Origin: Dendrobates tinctorius
Lineage: Eukaryota
Assembly: GCF_039654945.1 (NCBI RefSeq)
Contig: NW_027361766.1
Span: 11,284,001 to 11,348,000 of the forward strand
Reading direction: 5' to 3'
DNA: 64,000 bases
Shown one piece after another: positions 35,339 to 51,896 of the stretch; positions within the stretch are counted from its first letter, which is position 1, and each line of letters starts with the position of its first letter. Under the pieces are notes generated by a model. It was not told the DNA's origin. It was given only the letters and a program-made list of their open reading frames with translations, and did not search any database. A program made the translations under genes and the position numbers.

Positions 35339-36800
35339 AAAAATACAAATACTAAAATATAAAGCAATGTGATGTGAATGATGCCACTTTTCCTAGACAT
35401 TTTATTAGTAGGGACCTGTGTAAACAGCCCCACTGGTGTGGAGCTCCAGTGGTTGTCTAAAGTCTCCTGTAAGCATGAATGTATTCTCCAGGGGAGCCAC
35501 CACAGTAGAACTTAATTAACCGAGGAAAGGTAATCATACACATTAGACTAAGTTCAGAGACACACTGGCGTATTTTTCGTCCGAGAATCGCATTGTAAAA
35601 CTCGTACTGGCAGTCGGCTCTCCTGACCTGAGCTTGACAGCTGCATAGTAATCCATCATGCTGTCATGCTCAGGTCAGGAGAGGTGCCGGCCCGTCTGTT
35701 CAGTGCGATGCGATTATTGCACGAGAAATACGCCAGTGGGTCCTGCCAACAGTCTTAACATGTATGGGGGGTTCCGACCCTTTTGTCCAAAGATCATTTT
35801 TTTTTCGCCAGGAGATAAGCCATTGCCGGAATAGCACTCCATTGTTCTCTGTGATAATAGAGAATATAGGAGCGCTTGTGTGAGCCAAGCGATTTTGTGT
35901 AGAGAGTAGTGTGTAATGGCTGTGTCTGACCATGCAGGGAAATGGTCTGACCATACGACAGCTCCTGGGCAGGAGAGGAAGAATTGGTGATTATACAGAA
36001 GACATATAACAGTAGCTTGCAGCTGCTGCCTTCTGTGAGGTGAAATATTTCATTGCCTGTTTTATCACATGAGTGAGTGTTTCTGCCTTGTCTCTGATGT
36101 GTGAGGTAGGAGGTCTAGCAGCCACTGAGCTCATGTCATTGCGTTGATTTTCTGATGTACCAAGAGCTTTAGAGTTGCAGCAGAAACACTCAGTCCTGTG
36201 ATAAAATATGCAGGCAAATGTTTTACCTCACAGAGCCATCTGTGATCCCTTGCTATTCTGTCTGTATACCCTCTTCTTTCGCTGGCCATTAGATGTAGTA
36301 TGATCAAATCGTGTTCCTGCACGGTTAGAAACAGTCATTATGTAGTACATAGCACAGGGACGTTTTTTTTTTCACACATCCATTTGTGGAACTTTTATTA
36401 TTCAAAGATATATTTATTAAAATTTACTTTGGTTCTGGGTCATCTGGATTAACGTTTGAAATCTGGAATGGAGTCTTATTATGAATAGTAGCAGCAGCAA
36501 CCCTTCATGTTTTCTGTGCTAAATATATAGAATAAAATGTATGCTCATCAAGTGCTAATATTTCATATTATACTTTGCATTTTTGAGGGGATTGTTTTGA
36601 GACATATGCAGCTTCTTTCACAGCTCTCTGTCCTGTGTATATTTGGTAGTCAATGGCAGTGGAGGAGATTTATTAAAAGAGGTGCAAAAGAAAGTTGAAG
36701 ATTTGCCCATGCCAATCAATCTGATATCACATTCTCACTGGACATGTGGTTGCTTGCTTTACACATCTGCTGTCATTTTTCTTTGACTCCAATATTGTAG

Positions 36801-36920
<120 letters not shown>

Positions 36921-36985
36921 TAACCAGTGTATGATGTTTTCCTAATCATCCGTTAATAACGGAAGTCCCACATTTTAACTATATA

Positions 36986-37836
36986 CCGTATTTTTCGGAT
37001 TATAAGACTCACTTTTCCCCCAAATTTGGGGGGGAAATTGGGGTGCGTCTTATAATGCGTATATACCTAACTATACCGCTGCTGCAGGCCGCTGACTGGA
37101 GTGAGGGGGTTTCCGGCGGTGCTGCGGGTGCCTGGTGGTGCTACCGGGGGGAGTGTCCGGTGCTGTGGGGGTGTCGGGCGGTGCTGCCCGGTTTTGCTGC
37201 AGTGTCTCCGCTGCTGCTGCTGGGGCTCTGCCGTCATTTTGTGAAAGGCAAGAGCCCCGGCAGTTCCATGCTTTCCTGTGCGGTGGACTCTGGGGAAAAT
37301 GGCTGCTGGAGGCGGCGCATGTGTAGATAGAGATCTGGGCACCATGATCTCAGGAGATGAGATTTCAAAGCTGAGATCTCATCTTCCAAGATCTTTGTGC
37401 CGAGACCTCCATCAGCACATGCGCCGCCCCCGGCCATTTTCCTGGAGTCCGCCGCACAGGAAACCATGGAACTGCTGGGGCTCTGGCCTTTCACAAAATG
37501 TCGGCAGAGCCCCGGCAGCACCGGACACCCCCGTAGCACCGGAGACATCCGCAGCAGCATCGTCAGACACCCCTGTAGTACCGCCAGGCACCTACAGCAG
37601 CGCCAGACACCCGCAGCTGCATGCCGCAATTCGGTACACCTACTCATCCCAGACTGTGGCTTAAAGCATCACCCCACTCCTGCCTCCACCAGCAGCGACC
37701 CTGGGACCCCACTTCACCACAGCCACCACCCCGGTAAGCAATAAGACGCATGGATTATAAGAAGCGCCACCATTTTATTACAAAAAAAAAATAAAAAAAT
37801 TCCTATAATCTGTGTCTTCTAATCTGAAAAATATGG
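36986..37836 (+). mobile_element. Tc2/pogo-like non-autonomous element
   Basis: TIRs ccgtatttttcggatta / taatctgaaaaatatgg; TA TSD; palindromic GC-rich centre. Confidence 0.8.
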
Positions 37837-39329
37837 TACTTCAGTACTGTACTGCGATTGATTGTTCTTTATCCTGCAATGCCATAAATAAGAAATGTAA
37901 AATAAAAAAAATCAGATTGCCCTCTTTTCCCTCGTTAAAACTGAAGAACTTAAAAATAAACTTAATCGACCATGTCCGCCACCAAAGTCGAATCTATAAC
38001 TATATAAAATTATTTCTCTATCGCTTCATTGGGGGACACAGAAAACCATGGGTGTATGCTGCTGCCACTAGGAGGCTGACACTATGCAGAAAAAAAGTTA
38101 GCTCCTCCTCCGCAGTGTACACCCCACCGAAAGGAAGTAGGATGCTCAGTTTAGCTTAGTGTTAGTAGGAGGTGGACACGGGTCTTTCATTAGACCCATA
38201 TCTACCTCAGTGTGCTTCGTTTCTTTTCAGGTTTTCCGGAGGGATACAGAGTGAATAGTCACATCTGTAGTCCCACAAAGAGACTGAGTACGGCGTGTAC
38301 TGCCACCCCGTATCCTCATAGCTCTCCACAGCAGGACCAAGAGCCCCTAACACGGATGTGTGTCAGGCGATTCAGACTGGTCCTGGTCCCCCCGTCTCCC
38401 ATCCACTCCCCACCAGAGCCTGTCGGTTTGGAGGAGGCGCGGACGTCCTTCGAAAATTCACGGATGTCTTTACATCACCTGGACGATGAGGTACCTCTCT
38501 TTCCCCAGGTTTCCTCCTCAGAACAAATAAAGGGCGAGGAATCATGGCTCCTTCAGTATTCAGCCCCCTGTGGCAGCCTCCCCTTAGGTGTAATGCCTCC
38601 ATTCTGGCTTCCCCCCTCCTCTCCCTGCACCTTTCTTTATTAAGTGCTTCCCCTGGCTGCACTTATCTTATTCATCTCTGCAGCTGGGCTTCATGCAGGG
38701 ATCCTTGTCTGGAGCGGTCGCCGCGGCGGTGCAGCGATGTCTCCGCGCAGCCCCGCGTTCCCCAGCGGCCGCCGCATTTACTCCAGGCCCCGGCTTCAAT
38801 TTGGGCCTTGTTCGGCTTCGCGGCCACGCCCCCAGTCTTCATCCTCAGGCGGGCTTCTCTCCCGTTTTGGGCCCGCCCACCGCTTTCTCCCTCTATGTTC
38901 TGCACCCCTGAGGCGGCACACGGCCCCGCCCACTCCTCCTAGCCTGCCTATTGTCTTCGGACAACGCCATCTTGGGCCTCCTAACAGTGCGGTTAACTCC
39001 GCCCTTTCCTCCTCCCTCGGCCTCTCAGTGAAAGCGCGCGTTCTTCTGTCCTGCTCCTCTCAGGCTGTCTCCATTTTCTCAGCCTGTCAGCCGAAACCCC
39101 CAACCTTCCGGCATCGCTTAAGTAGGCGGTCGCTTTCTTCCAGCGGGGAACCCGGTTAGTGCCTTCACCTGGCAGGACCAGCCCTTTCCTGCCCATCTCC
39201 GCTCGGCCTAAACAGGTACGGTGCGGAGTATAAGCCACTTATAGTAAAATTAAGCAGGGCCACACTATCCGCTGGTCCAGTGATGGGGCATAGATTCCAT
39301 CTTTTCTATGGAGACTGATGGGAATTGCG

Positions 39330-39740
39330 CTATAGCGGTGCAGTCTCTCATATAAGCAGTGCAGTTATTGGTGTAATAATAATCTAGGTAATAGTACCTT
39401 GGGAGTCGTGTAGTCACCGGTGTTATAGAGGCCTACAGCCGGAAGTACTTTAGAGCCGGCCAATCACTAGCATAATAGTTCTCTGGAGACGTGCAGTCAC
39501 CGACGTATCATTATTCTAGAAACGTAATAGTACTCTAGAGTTGTGCAGTCACTGGTTTAATAGTGACCTACAGCCGGTAGTACTCTAGAGCCATGCAGCC
39601 CTAGTGCAATAGTAACCTAGAGCCGTCCATTCACTGGCGTAATAGTAATCTTCTGCCACGCAGTCTCTAGTGGAATAGTACGTCCGGTGTCATAGCACAC
39701 AAGAGCCATGCAGTCGATGGTGTAATAGTTATCCCTTGCG
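39330..39740. repeat. Degenerate minisatellite (~33-36-bp unit, tagtactctagagccgtgcagtcaccggtgtaa-like) inside DIRS
   Basis: Recurrent gtgcagtcac and aatagta..ctctagag motifs. Confidence 0.7.
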
Positions 39741-41107
39741 GCTGTCTTCTGTGACACGATCCACTCTACGACCGCCCAGGTACATTGGACATGATAAAAC
39801 TTGCCATATGGCGTCTGCCTGTTAGAAGTTTTCACTCGCACGTTTTGCCTCAGAGATCTGATTTTGTCACACGGCTGTTGTGGTTTCTGCTATTGCAGAT
39901 CTGTACCTTGATTCTCGGCGGTGCAGGACTCACATAATAATGCTGGAGCCTCGGCATGGCAAATGCTTCCATATCTCCTGATCTCAGGCACTCGCCCTTC
40001 ATTTTCCTGCAGCCCCCCTCCGGACGCTGGCATCACACTACTCTAAGCAGAATAATGAGCGGCTTCTGTCCCTTCACGTCTGCAGTGTTTGGGCCTGACT
40101 TCCAGCTGGATAGAAGTAAAGTCTGTGTGACCCGGCAATTTTCTGCTGTGGCTCAGTGGATAAAGAAGCTGACCACAACTCGCAGATCCAGTAGTTGGAA
40201 CCCTGTCGCACAACAGAGAGTAGAGTTTAGTCTCCCTCTGATTCCAGGCCTACTGTTCTACTGTCAAAAGAATTGACTGGTCAGAATATACTTTAATACA
40301 GACTGTGTGGTACGGCTTACTACACGTGAAGCCGTTATTCTACCTAAGGTCGTCAGGTATCCAGACTTAGACCGTAACACAGAATTGACTGTCTCCTATA
40401 CACTTCTCCGGTTTGTCTCCACTCTGATTTGGTCAGGGCCATATCTGCTATCCAGGCTTCAGACGCACCACCTATGAGGTACAGTGGTTGAAACGGCCGT
40501 ACTTCAGTGGAGACATGTCTGGGCATGACTGCTTCAGTGGTACTGGTGTCTTTTACCGTATTCAGGCGAGTCAGACGCTCTCGCCTTTAGGTTCCTCACC
40601 TTCTATTGCAGCAGTATTCTATCCCTTATCGAGCACTTCAATAGTCCTCTACCAGACTCGTTTAATCGATACATGCCATCTTTCCGGTAACTCAAACGTA
40701 CCCGAGGTCCATCGACTGCATCGGTTCGGCTCTTCTGTCCCATTGTCAGGTGAGTCAGAAGCGCCCTCTCTCACACTCCTCAGGGCCATTTGCATCATCT
40801 GCCTAAGCTCCCGTCTAATCACCATTCAGGGTGAGCTGCGGGCATTTATTACTTCTGGCGGGCTGCAGCTGCGGTTACAGGCTGCTTTCAGGTGAGTCAG
40901 AAACCTTCAGTTGCATATTTCATAGTCAATAACATCTGTGGTTTGTTAACAGTTAAACGTAAGATCTACCACGTCCAAATGGAGTGGATCTTGGTACCAC
41001 AGCTCGGATCTCGGTAGTAAGTGGATACTCCTCCTTCAGGTACGTCAGTCACTCTCATGTCAAGTACAGATGGTCGCAGTTTTACTGCAGCACGCTCTGG
41101 ACCCCAA

Positions 41108-41444
41108 GGCTATGTGCACACAGTGCGGATTCTGCTGTGGAATTTTCCTTGCAGATTTTGCTAAATCTGCAGGTAAAATGACCTGCGTTTTACCTGCAGA
41201 TTTAGTGCAGATTTCCCCTGCAGACTTCTATAATGGAGCAGGTGGAAAACTGCAGCAAAACCGCACAAAAGAAGCGACATGCTGCTGCTTTTAATTCTGC
41301 ACCAAATCTGCTCGGAAAAATCTGCAGCATGTGCACAGCATTTTTGTTTTACATAGCCTTAAATGGTACTGTACATCACGTGCAGTTCTGCAGGGCCAAA
41401 TCTGCTGCAGAACTGCACAGAATCTGCACCGTGTGCACAGGGCC
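41108..41444. mobile_element. Harbinger-like MITE nested in DIRS
   Basis: TIRs ggctatgtgcacac / gtgtgcacagggcc; flanks caa/taa. Confidence 0.75.
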
Positions 41445-44050
41445 TAAGTGTGAGTGGCTCCACATGAGTTTAGACACACCTGAAGTTTTTTTTTTTTTTT
41501 TTTTGAGCTTACGTATAACTGCCTAGTTGGTCAGTTTACAATACTGTCCGCAGGCTATCTTTACTGCCCGTTGTGTTACACCTATCAATAATGTTTGGCC
41601 AATAGTACTTATCTATTCTTTCTTACAGACACCGGATAAAGCTTCCAGCAGCTCAGAGATGTGTCTTCCGACCGTGACTGGAACAAGTATCCCACCTCAG
41701 ACAGGAGTGGGATCTGACTGCGCAAGCATCGACCAGGATAGAAAGCTGCTCCAGTCCTGGATCTAATGATGAGTCTGGTGATAACACATTTCTTCCTTCA
41801 GCTAGAATCATATCCTTTCACTGTTATCCTCGGGCGCGTGTTGTCCTAGACTTAGCCAAGGTGGTCTAAACACTGCAATCTCCTCCCTGTTCCAGAGGGT
41901 CCGGGATGGATTCGGTCGTTTACATCATCATACGGATTGACCTTTATTTAGTCAGCCTAGCTGTCTTCTGGTGTCTATGTGATCTACCTAGAGCCAACTT
42001 CCTTGCAGTTGACAGACTCCATGTTTTTCCATGGACTTCCCTTGCTCGACTGCTCACTTTCCAAGTGTATCTGGACTATTTTTTTCCATACCCATCCTCA
42101 TCCCTGTATGCTGGGTTTATCTTCCTTCTGATCTCAGTCTGCAAGGTCATCCAGTAGTCTTCGTTCTACCTGCTTAGTCGGACAATCAGTTGTCCCTTCA
42201 GAGCCAACCTGAGCCTACATCGCAGCGATGAGAGACAGGTTATCCCCAGGTCCCATTCAGTACGTATTCAGCGTTCGGCTCTTTAGCAGGTTAACAGTGG
42301 CCTGCTCTCAGGCCTTGTCATTTTCTCACAGAACTGGCTTCAGCCATTTCCAAACAAGGGGGCGCCTCAGTATATCTCTTTTCTCCTGAGCGCTTCGCAT
42401 ATTGGACTACTTTTGTGACTGCGAATCCTCCGGTTCCAAGTTTTCAACCACTACGGTCCTTCCTCTCCCAGATGTGCATCCCTCAGGGATACCAACGGCA
42501 ACTTCACACAGTAGTTGGCAAGTTCAGCCTTGCAAGCGCCCGCCGCTATATCGTGTCCTGCCTTCGCCTCCACCCGGGTTGCAAAGTGCTATAGATGCGT
42601 GGCCTAGCTTGCTCATCACAGCATTCTACCCGGAGGCCGGTCGGAAGAATTGACTGTCCTCGCTGCTCCAAAAGTTTTCTTGCAATGAAGACATGGCTTC
42701 CACCTTCCTGAGCCAGCAAAATCGTTCCCATCTAAGGGTCCATTTGGCTTACGGTTTCATGAGCGAACTTATCCCTAAAGATGTCCCTCTCCAACTTGCC
42801 GTTCCTTCCGTTTGGCTCCAATAGGTCAAATTATTAGGAGGTCACCGGAAGGGCAGGCTCTCTCCTTCCTCTGACTAAACCTTGTCGTTCTTCAGTCAGT
42901 TTTCCTCAGCGTAGCTTGTTGGAGATATAGGATTGAGTCCATCCTTGTTTTTCAGGTAGAAATTTTCTTCGTTCAGCATATGTATTCTGTGACTCGCATG
43001 ATTTTTCCCTTGTTCCAGGAAGGTTTTATCCAGGCCCTGATTTCTTCAGGGCTTCGGACATTTCTGCTTTGTGCAACGGACGGGTTCATTTCCCTTTTTA
43101 TTTGGTAGCCTTCCCTTTCAGACTCTCATCCACGCCTGGGGTCTCACGGGGTCTCACAGGGTCTGTAGCAGCGGTAGTGCCGTGCTGAGCATCAAAGGTT
43201 CAGTGTCCATCATTCTTAATTTTCCTTTCTCTCGTCCACCTCGGACTTTTCCTTCGTGACGCTCTTTCATCAGGCTACCTAGCCAGAACAATGGTACTTA
43301 TCAAGCTCAGGCTTCAAGTGTAGAGGTCCTCTGGCCTCCAGGTCAGCGGCTGCTCCCTGAATCCGGTTGGCATTAGTATGGTTGCCGGGTTCGGGAAGGA
43401 CTGCTTTCTTGCGAGTACGACGCACTCTGCTCGGGCAGTGCGTGTCCTCCTGGCGGTACTCTTTGGGCCTTCGCCCGGCACCTCTGCAGTGTCATGATAT
43501 ATACTCCACAGGTCCACGAGGACCTGTGCCTAGCTTCAGAGCCCATGCCTAGCTTCAGAGAGTGCCGGTTGGGGTTAAAAGACCTCGCAGATGTCCTTGC
43601 AGGTGACGATGATGACTTCCTCGTCCTGATTGGATTTGTCTGCTGTTCCCTCCCCTTGGGGACTGCTTGGGACGTCCCCATGGTTTTCTGTGTCCCCCAA
43701 TGAAGCGATGGAGAAAACAAGATTTTTAGTTGCTTACCGTAAAATCTGTTTCTCTGAGCCTTCATTGGGGGACACAGCACCCTCCCAAGTTGAACAGCGC
43801 TGTTTACTGTGTTATATTGTTTTTGTTTTTTTGTGGTTCCTGTCTCGTATACAGATTGCTTCTCCTACTGCTTTTTCACTAACTCAGTATCCTACTTCCT
43901 GTCAGTGGGGTGTACACTGCGGAGGAGGAGCTAACTTTTTTCTGCATAGTGACAGCCTCCTAGTGGCAGCAGCATACACCCATGGTTTTCTGTGTCCCCC
44001 AATGAAGGCACAGAGAAACAGATTTTATGGTAAGCAACTAAAAATAAAAA

Positions 44051-45666
<1,616 letters not shown>

Positions 45667-46207
45667 TATGTATATATATATATTATAATATCTCTCACAC
45701 ACACACACATTTTTTCACTGCAAGAACTACAACTAGCTACACAAAAAACAATCAGCGGAAGATATGAGAATTTCTCAGTCTCTGTGATTTGTGACAATAA
45801 AAAAAAAAAGTTAATGAGTTTCTGAAATTTTTTTTCACCACTTGTCGCAAGAATCATGGAGCCGTGTCATTTTTTTCCCACGCAATGAATGTCATGAAAT
45901 TTGACTAAAGAAAAACAATGGTGGAATAGTGTTATCTTTTTTTCAGGATTTCGCCACACAGAAAAAATTTATTCCCAGTTTTCTGTTCACTCAATGGTCA
46001 CGTGTATGGCGGCTGTCAGAACTACAACTCGTTTCTCAAAAAAAAATAACCTACATATGTCAATGTAGGTGAAAAAATTATAGTGATGTTCCTTTGAAGA
46101 AGCGAACGAAAATAACAAAAACTGTCCATGGTAGGAAAGGGTTAATGCTGACAAGTAACTTGACTTTTCTTTTTTTTTCTTTTTTTTTTTTTTTTCAACC
46201 CTTTTAG

Positions 46208-46354
<147 letters not shown>

Positions 46355-46454
46355 TAAAGGGGTTGTCACATCAGGACACACTGTTCCCTGCTGATCGCTG
46401 AGATATTGTATTCTCTGCAGGATTGTTGGGTCAATTGCCCTTTTTCTTTAACAG

Positions 46455-46457
<3 letters not shown>

Positions 46458-46502
<45 letters not shown>
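46458..46502. repeat. (TA)n microsatellite
   Basis: Directly visible. Confidence 0.97.
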
Positions 46503-46505
<3 letters not shown>

Positions 46506-47028
46506 GTGTGTGTATGTATGTTTATTTTATATTTATTTTTTATAAAGATTTTGGCGACCTGTCCTAAGGATCCAAGGTTTTGATGATTTATCTTTGGAAT
46601 AGGTCAACAATATCATATAGCTACAATCTAATATTGATGACATTTTCCAAATAATTCCCCACATCCAGCACATTCACCGACCAGCTTTAATAAGTTACAG
46701 CGCAATTGGTTGTAAACACATAACGCTGCGTACTGCATTTCCGTTTAGTGTGTAGTGGCTACTGCTTGATGATGCAGAACAGCTGCCATTCTCTTGGATA
46801 GGCCATGCAGTGCTCCTCTGGGAATTTTAAGGATGCAAACAGTATCTTCAATGAGAGAGAAGAATAAAGATCTACTGCCACCCTTTTGGATGTAACAGTT
46901 CTGAAAGTCAAGATCGACCCTTTAGCGAGGCTCATTAAAGGGTCCAGTAGGTGGCACTACAGTTTAAGTCCTCTTCCTGTCTGAAAAAGCCATTTACATA
47001 TATAAAGTGCTGAAAATGTAAATTTCGT

Positions 47029-47249
47029 NNNNNNNNNNNNNNNNNNNNNNNNNNNNNNNNNNNNNNNNNNNNNNNNNNNNNNNNNNNNNNNNNNNNNNNN
47101 NNNNNNNNNNNNNNNNNNNNNNNNNNNNNNNNNNNNNNNNNNNNNNNNNNNNNNNNNNNNNNNNNNNNNNNNNNNNNNNNNNNNNNNNNNNNNNNNNNNN
47201 NNNNNNNNNNNNNNNNNNNNNNNNNNNNNNNNNNNNNNNNNNNNNNNNN
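47029..47249. other. Assembly gap (221 N)
   Basis: Run of n. It is intronic, and the flanking exons join in frame. Confidence 0.99.
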
Positions 47250-47362
47250 CCAAACGGCATTAGCATCCTTCTTCAGTTTTAAAATTCAATATTTACTTGA
47301 GCCGCTTTGTACTGTATCTACATACTGTTGAATTTTTTTATTTTTAAAAGTTACATATTTAA

Positions 47363-47554
<192 letters not shown>

Positions 47555-48956
47555 TAAGTGGTCTTCAAAAAGGTTGTTTTTACCATACTCACTTTTTCAC
47601 TTAATCCCACCCAATCACATTAGACTATCTTTGGCCAAATCCGCCGATGTCGACATGTTCTGCTACAAAGGTCTAATGTGTAAAGAACAGATGATGTTGG
47701 ACGAGATAAAGATCTGGCATATCCAATTTCGAACTGTCGATCCGTTAGTTCTCCCTGAGATAAGCCACTGCCAAGCACTCCTGTATATTGGAGACATGGC
47801 ATAGATAGTTGCCTGCCGAACGATTGTCAAAACGGTCGTCTGGCCCACAGACATCCTAAGGTGTGTGAAGGCTTTAATACCATGGGATGGACTATTTATC
47901 TATTTAGTGGTATACCATAATCTCTTACGATGGTTTCATAGGAATCTATTGTTTAAATCTGAGTGTTAAATGTATTTTTTCTTCCGACAATGTCTTCCCA
48001 TGTTCCGTCTCCCTTCCCATCCTGTGTTACAATCCTGGGGTGTACCATGAGTTGAATGCTTTGAAATGCAGGCACGATGATGTGACTGCATCGCACCTGT
48101 AGTATGAAGCCTCAGTACTCACACTGCACACAGTGAAGCAGCGCGCCTGTGGAACGGGGCAAGGTGAGTAGTGGTTTGTTTTTTGTTTTCTTTCTAAATG
48201 TCAGTACTGAGTAGGTGGCACGATACTACTGTGTGTGGAGTCCGGTGGGGGCCACAATACTGAGCGGGGGAGGCTTTCATTTTCAGTAGGAAGCTGTGGA
48301 AAGCCTCATTTATGTAAGGAGCACTGAGGGCCCTCACACTGTGTGGGGGAATCATACTTACAGGTACGACACGTGTATATAGTGAAACTGTAGGGGGAAA
48401 TTCATTGTAGGGATACCATACTCAGTGTGAGCGGGGTCGTTTTTGGGAGCATCATACTTATACTGAAATTGCAATAAAAGGTCATCTTGCAATTTTCACA
48501 CTGGCCACTGGAGTTTTTTTTTAGTCTCTAACATTCTGTTTCAGGAAACAACACCCGTACATGGCCTCAATGATGAGACTTAGATCTTACTTTTTGTATT
48601 GAAGCATGTGCAAATGTCATTGTGAAGGGGGGAGCCGGAGGGTCAGCTGTGACATGGCTATTGTAATTGGTGGATCCTGCGTTATCAGCTGGGTATAGCG
48701 GTGTTACCTGTTATTGTAAGCTTGTCTCCCATGATAGCGACTGCTGAAAAATGTTACCTAAAGTACAAGTCTGAAATGGCCTTAGTGGCCACTATGAAAA
48801 TTGAAATATTGCGAATTTTTTTTTTCTTCATACGGATTGAGATATGAAAAAAAAAATTGCCTTAAATACTTGTTACGCAACAACCCAATTTAAACAATAG
48901 GTAATTTTCTGATTAATTTTCTCTTTAATATTATGACATTGTACTGATTTTATTGA

Positions 48957-49070
<114 letters not shown>

Positions 49071-49473
49071 TAGGTGTTTTTGTTATTTTGAAGGTGAACC
49101 TGAGCAGCAGCCGGGCCTAAAGAAGCAGCGTGCTATGGATCAGAATAGAGTCAGTCGGACTTATTGTGGGCTGAGGAGTCCAGGTCAGACCTAATCGGGT
49201 ATTCTCAGACACACTTGAGACCAAGTTTAAATGAATAAGTTACAAAAATGCTATAAATATAATGTATAGATAAAAAAACTACTGAACGTGTTATTGTGTT
49301 GAGGTCTGATTCCCTTTAGATGTTTCTTGAACTTTATGTCTTCTGATATATAATAGATACCTAGATGTTATTGATTATTGAGAACCATACGATCAATGGC
49401 CTATACTGTGACTCAGAAGATAAAAAATAAAGTTAATTGTACTGATTATTTTCTTTTTAATAGAAAAAAATAA

Positions 49474-49635
<162 letters not shown>

Positions 49636-50689
49636 TAATACTGACATTCCAATTTAATGTGATAGGAGTAAGAGTAGGTTCTCACACTACAACTGCTTTT
49701 TATCTTTTAACCTTTTAAAATGTCTGCTTGGGAATAATCACTCTCTGCTGTAGTGTCACATTCTGGTGCAAGAACCTGGCAGAGATCTGTGACATGTATG
49801 AATATGAGCTTTTATTTAGTCACAGACCTTCATGACTGTGATCGTCCCCCACCGGTTCTGATAATGAAGGTAAGCACCGTGCTGATTTGCTGCACAGCGG
49901 TGCTCCAACCACCAGACCCGACTGATCGTAAAGCGATGGCATATCCTAATAATGCGCTTTTGTTTTTTTTTTCCTGAGTTTATTGGCATGTTTCACTATA
50001 AACTGCCTCCATCCTTTTCAAAGGGAAGCTGTCAGTCGGTTCATGCTCCACGAGCCATGTGCAGCATGAACTAGAGCCTGGCTGCACGATTGCAGATGGG
50101 CATGTTTCCCTTTTGAATCACTAATGGAATTTTGTATGAAATGTAGTTTGAAGATTCAGACAAGGACTATAGGGAGATATCTGACTAGTCCAACACCGTC
50201 GCAGACATGACTCTTCTATATGTGCACATGTGAAAAAGAGTGGTACAGTGAGAAGTTCTCGGCAGGAACTGCAAATGTAGCTCTTTCAAAGACAAGTCCA
50301 GTAATACCTGTACATCGCTGTTCGTCCATTGCTGAGAAATCAAGGTTTAATGTGATTTGCAAATGATGTTGTAGATCTGAAGCCTCTGTAACTCCAGTTA
50401 TATTCACATGAAAGTTGTGCCACCTCCTACTTCCTGAGCTGGAGGTGGCGGCCATAAGCGAGGAATAGAGCTGGAGTGACAGAGGCTCCAGATCTAGAAA
50501 TAGTTCTTCAGCCTCATCTGCATATCAATTTAAATAGAGATCAGACCGGCCATGAAAAAGGTATTGCTCTACTCATCTTTTCAAGAGCTACATGCGCATA
50601 TAAATCGTTTGGGATGTTTGATCCTGCTGATTGATTCTCTACAAAATTTACTTCTCTAAAACTCCATTGATCACTCGTCTCACTGCAGT

Positions 50690-51283
50690 TAACTTGTTAA
50701 ATGCCACCGTCAGACTCTTAACAGCAGCATTTACTGCTGGTGACCTGGAGGAAGCTCTGTCCCATTGCCCCCCCCCCCCCCCCCCCAGTGCTGCGATATA
50801 TTGACGATCCATGTGTCTACAGTGATGGCATTCACAGTAGACTGATTTTTTTTTTTTTTTTTCCCCCTAAATACTGCGGTATTACTGCAATTTGTACGAG
50901 CAATCAGGCAAATCCACTTAGAGGACTACAAAATACAGTAAAAAATTGTAATTTAGATGTTCAAATCAATCCCCTTTTTCCCCATTGGAGATAAGTGATA
51001 AATAAAAAAATGAATTCACTTATGTCAATCTCCACGTTTATGAAAGTCCGATCTATCAAAATGTAAAATTAATTAACCCAATCATTAAATGCCATGATGA
51101 GAAAAATAATGAAAAACGCCTGAATTTCAGGCTTTTTGGCTGGTGCAACGCTCCAAAAAAAAAAAAAAATGTAATGAGAGGCAATCAAATCTATCCCAAG
51201 ATGGTATCAATAGAAATGACAGCTCAGGGCGCCAAAAAAAAAAAAGTGCAAAAACTAAAAATCGCTATGTCAGGAAGGGTTTA
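50690..51283. mobile_element. piggyBac-like non-autonomous repeat, degenerate
   Basis: ttaac... to ...aagggtttaa; shares internal blocks with 14780-15500. Confidence 0.4.
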
Positions 51284-51896
51284 AAGGGAGCCTGTTAGAA
51301 ACTTTCACCCCTCTCCCTACCCCCTCAACCATTCATATGACACTGCGGCCTTTTAAAGGATAAAACCTTTATGAGCCCAAAGTGTTGCTTAGCGGTGAGA
51401 GATAGTGTTTTGATGATCAGTCTAGTAGTGACGAAGCACTTACGGCTCCTTAGTCTCCACTGTTGTTACCCATTTATATAGCGCCATTAATTCCACCGCG
51501 TTTTACAGACCTTGTATTCCTAAACCATCAGCACCCCCTCCTGGCTGATTGACAGAGCAGTGGTCAGTGCACCAGAACAAACGACCTATCAATCCGTCAG
51601 GGGTGGGTGTTGCTAGTCCAGGAATACAGCAGAGGCTAAGGAGCTGGAAGGGCATCACCGTGCCCTAGTGCGCTACCAGGCTGAATTCTCACTGCTGAAG
51701 CAGCACTTTGGGGGTCATCTGTTGTGTTGTAAGGGGTTAAAAGGTCATATTTAACGTTTCTTGAGGAACAGTTTGACAGGGTCCTGTTAATCTATGAAAC
51801 TCTGCATTCACCCTAAAAATCGAATGTGTTTGGGGTAATAGGAACGTCAGCATCTCCGTTATTTCACAGTTAATGTATTCCAATTTTCCTCCGTAG

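Larger units (their letters stand above)
38013..44045 (+). mobile_element. DIRS1-type tyrosine-recombinase retrotransposon with decayed coding region
   Basis: Left ITR ~38013-38150, right ITR ~43882-44045; ICR 43677-43777 complementary to both termini; YR remnant HSARAV near 43423. Confidence 0.9.

Noticed and set aside
38212-39238. GC-rich ORFs suggesting a CpG-island gene
   Set aside because: They lie inside the DIRS 5' region and are best explained as decayed, low-complexity gag.
39330-39740. CRISPR-like repeat array
   Set aside because: Eukaryotic context, degenerate tandem units without unique spacers, no cas genes; it is a minisatellite.
46957-47266. Poly-X ORFs and a possible missing exon in the gap
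   Set aside because: Caused by the N run; the flanking STK38 exons splice in frame with no missing residues.
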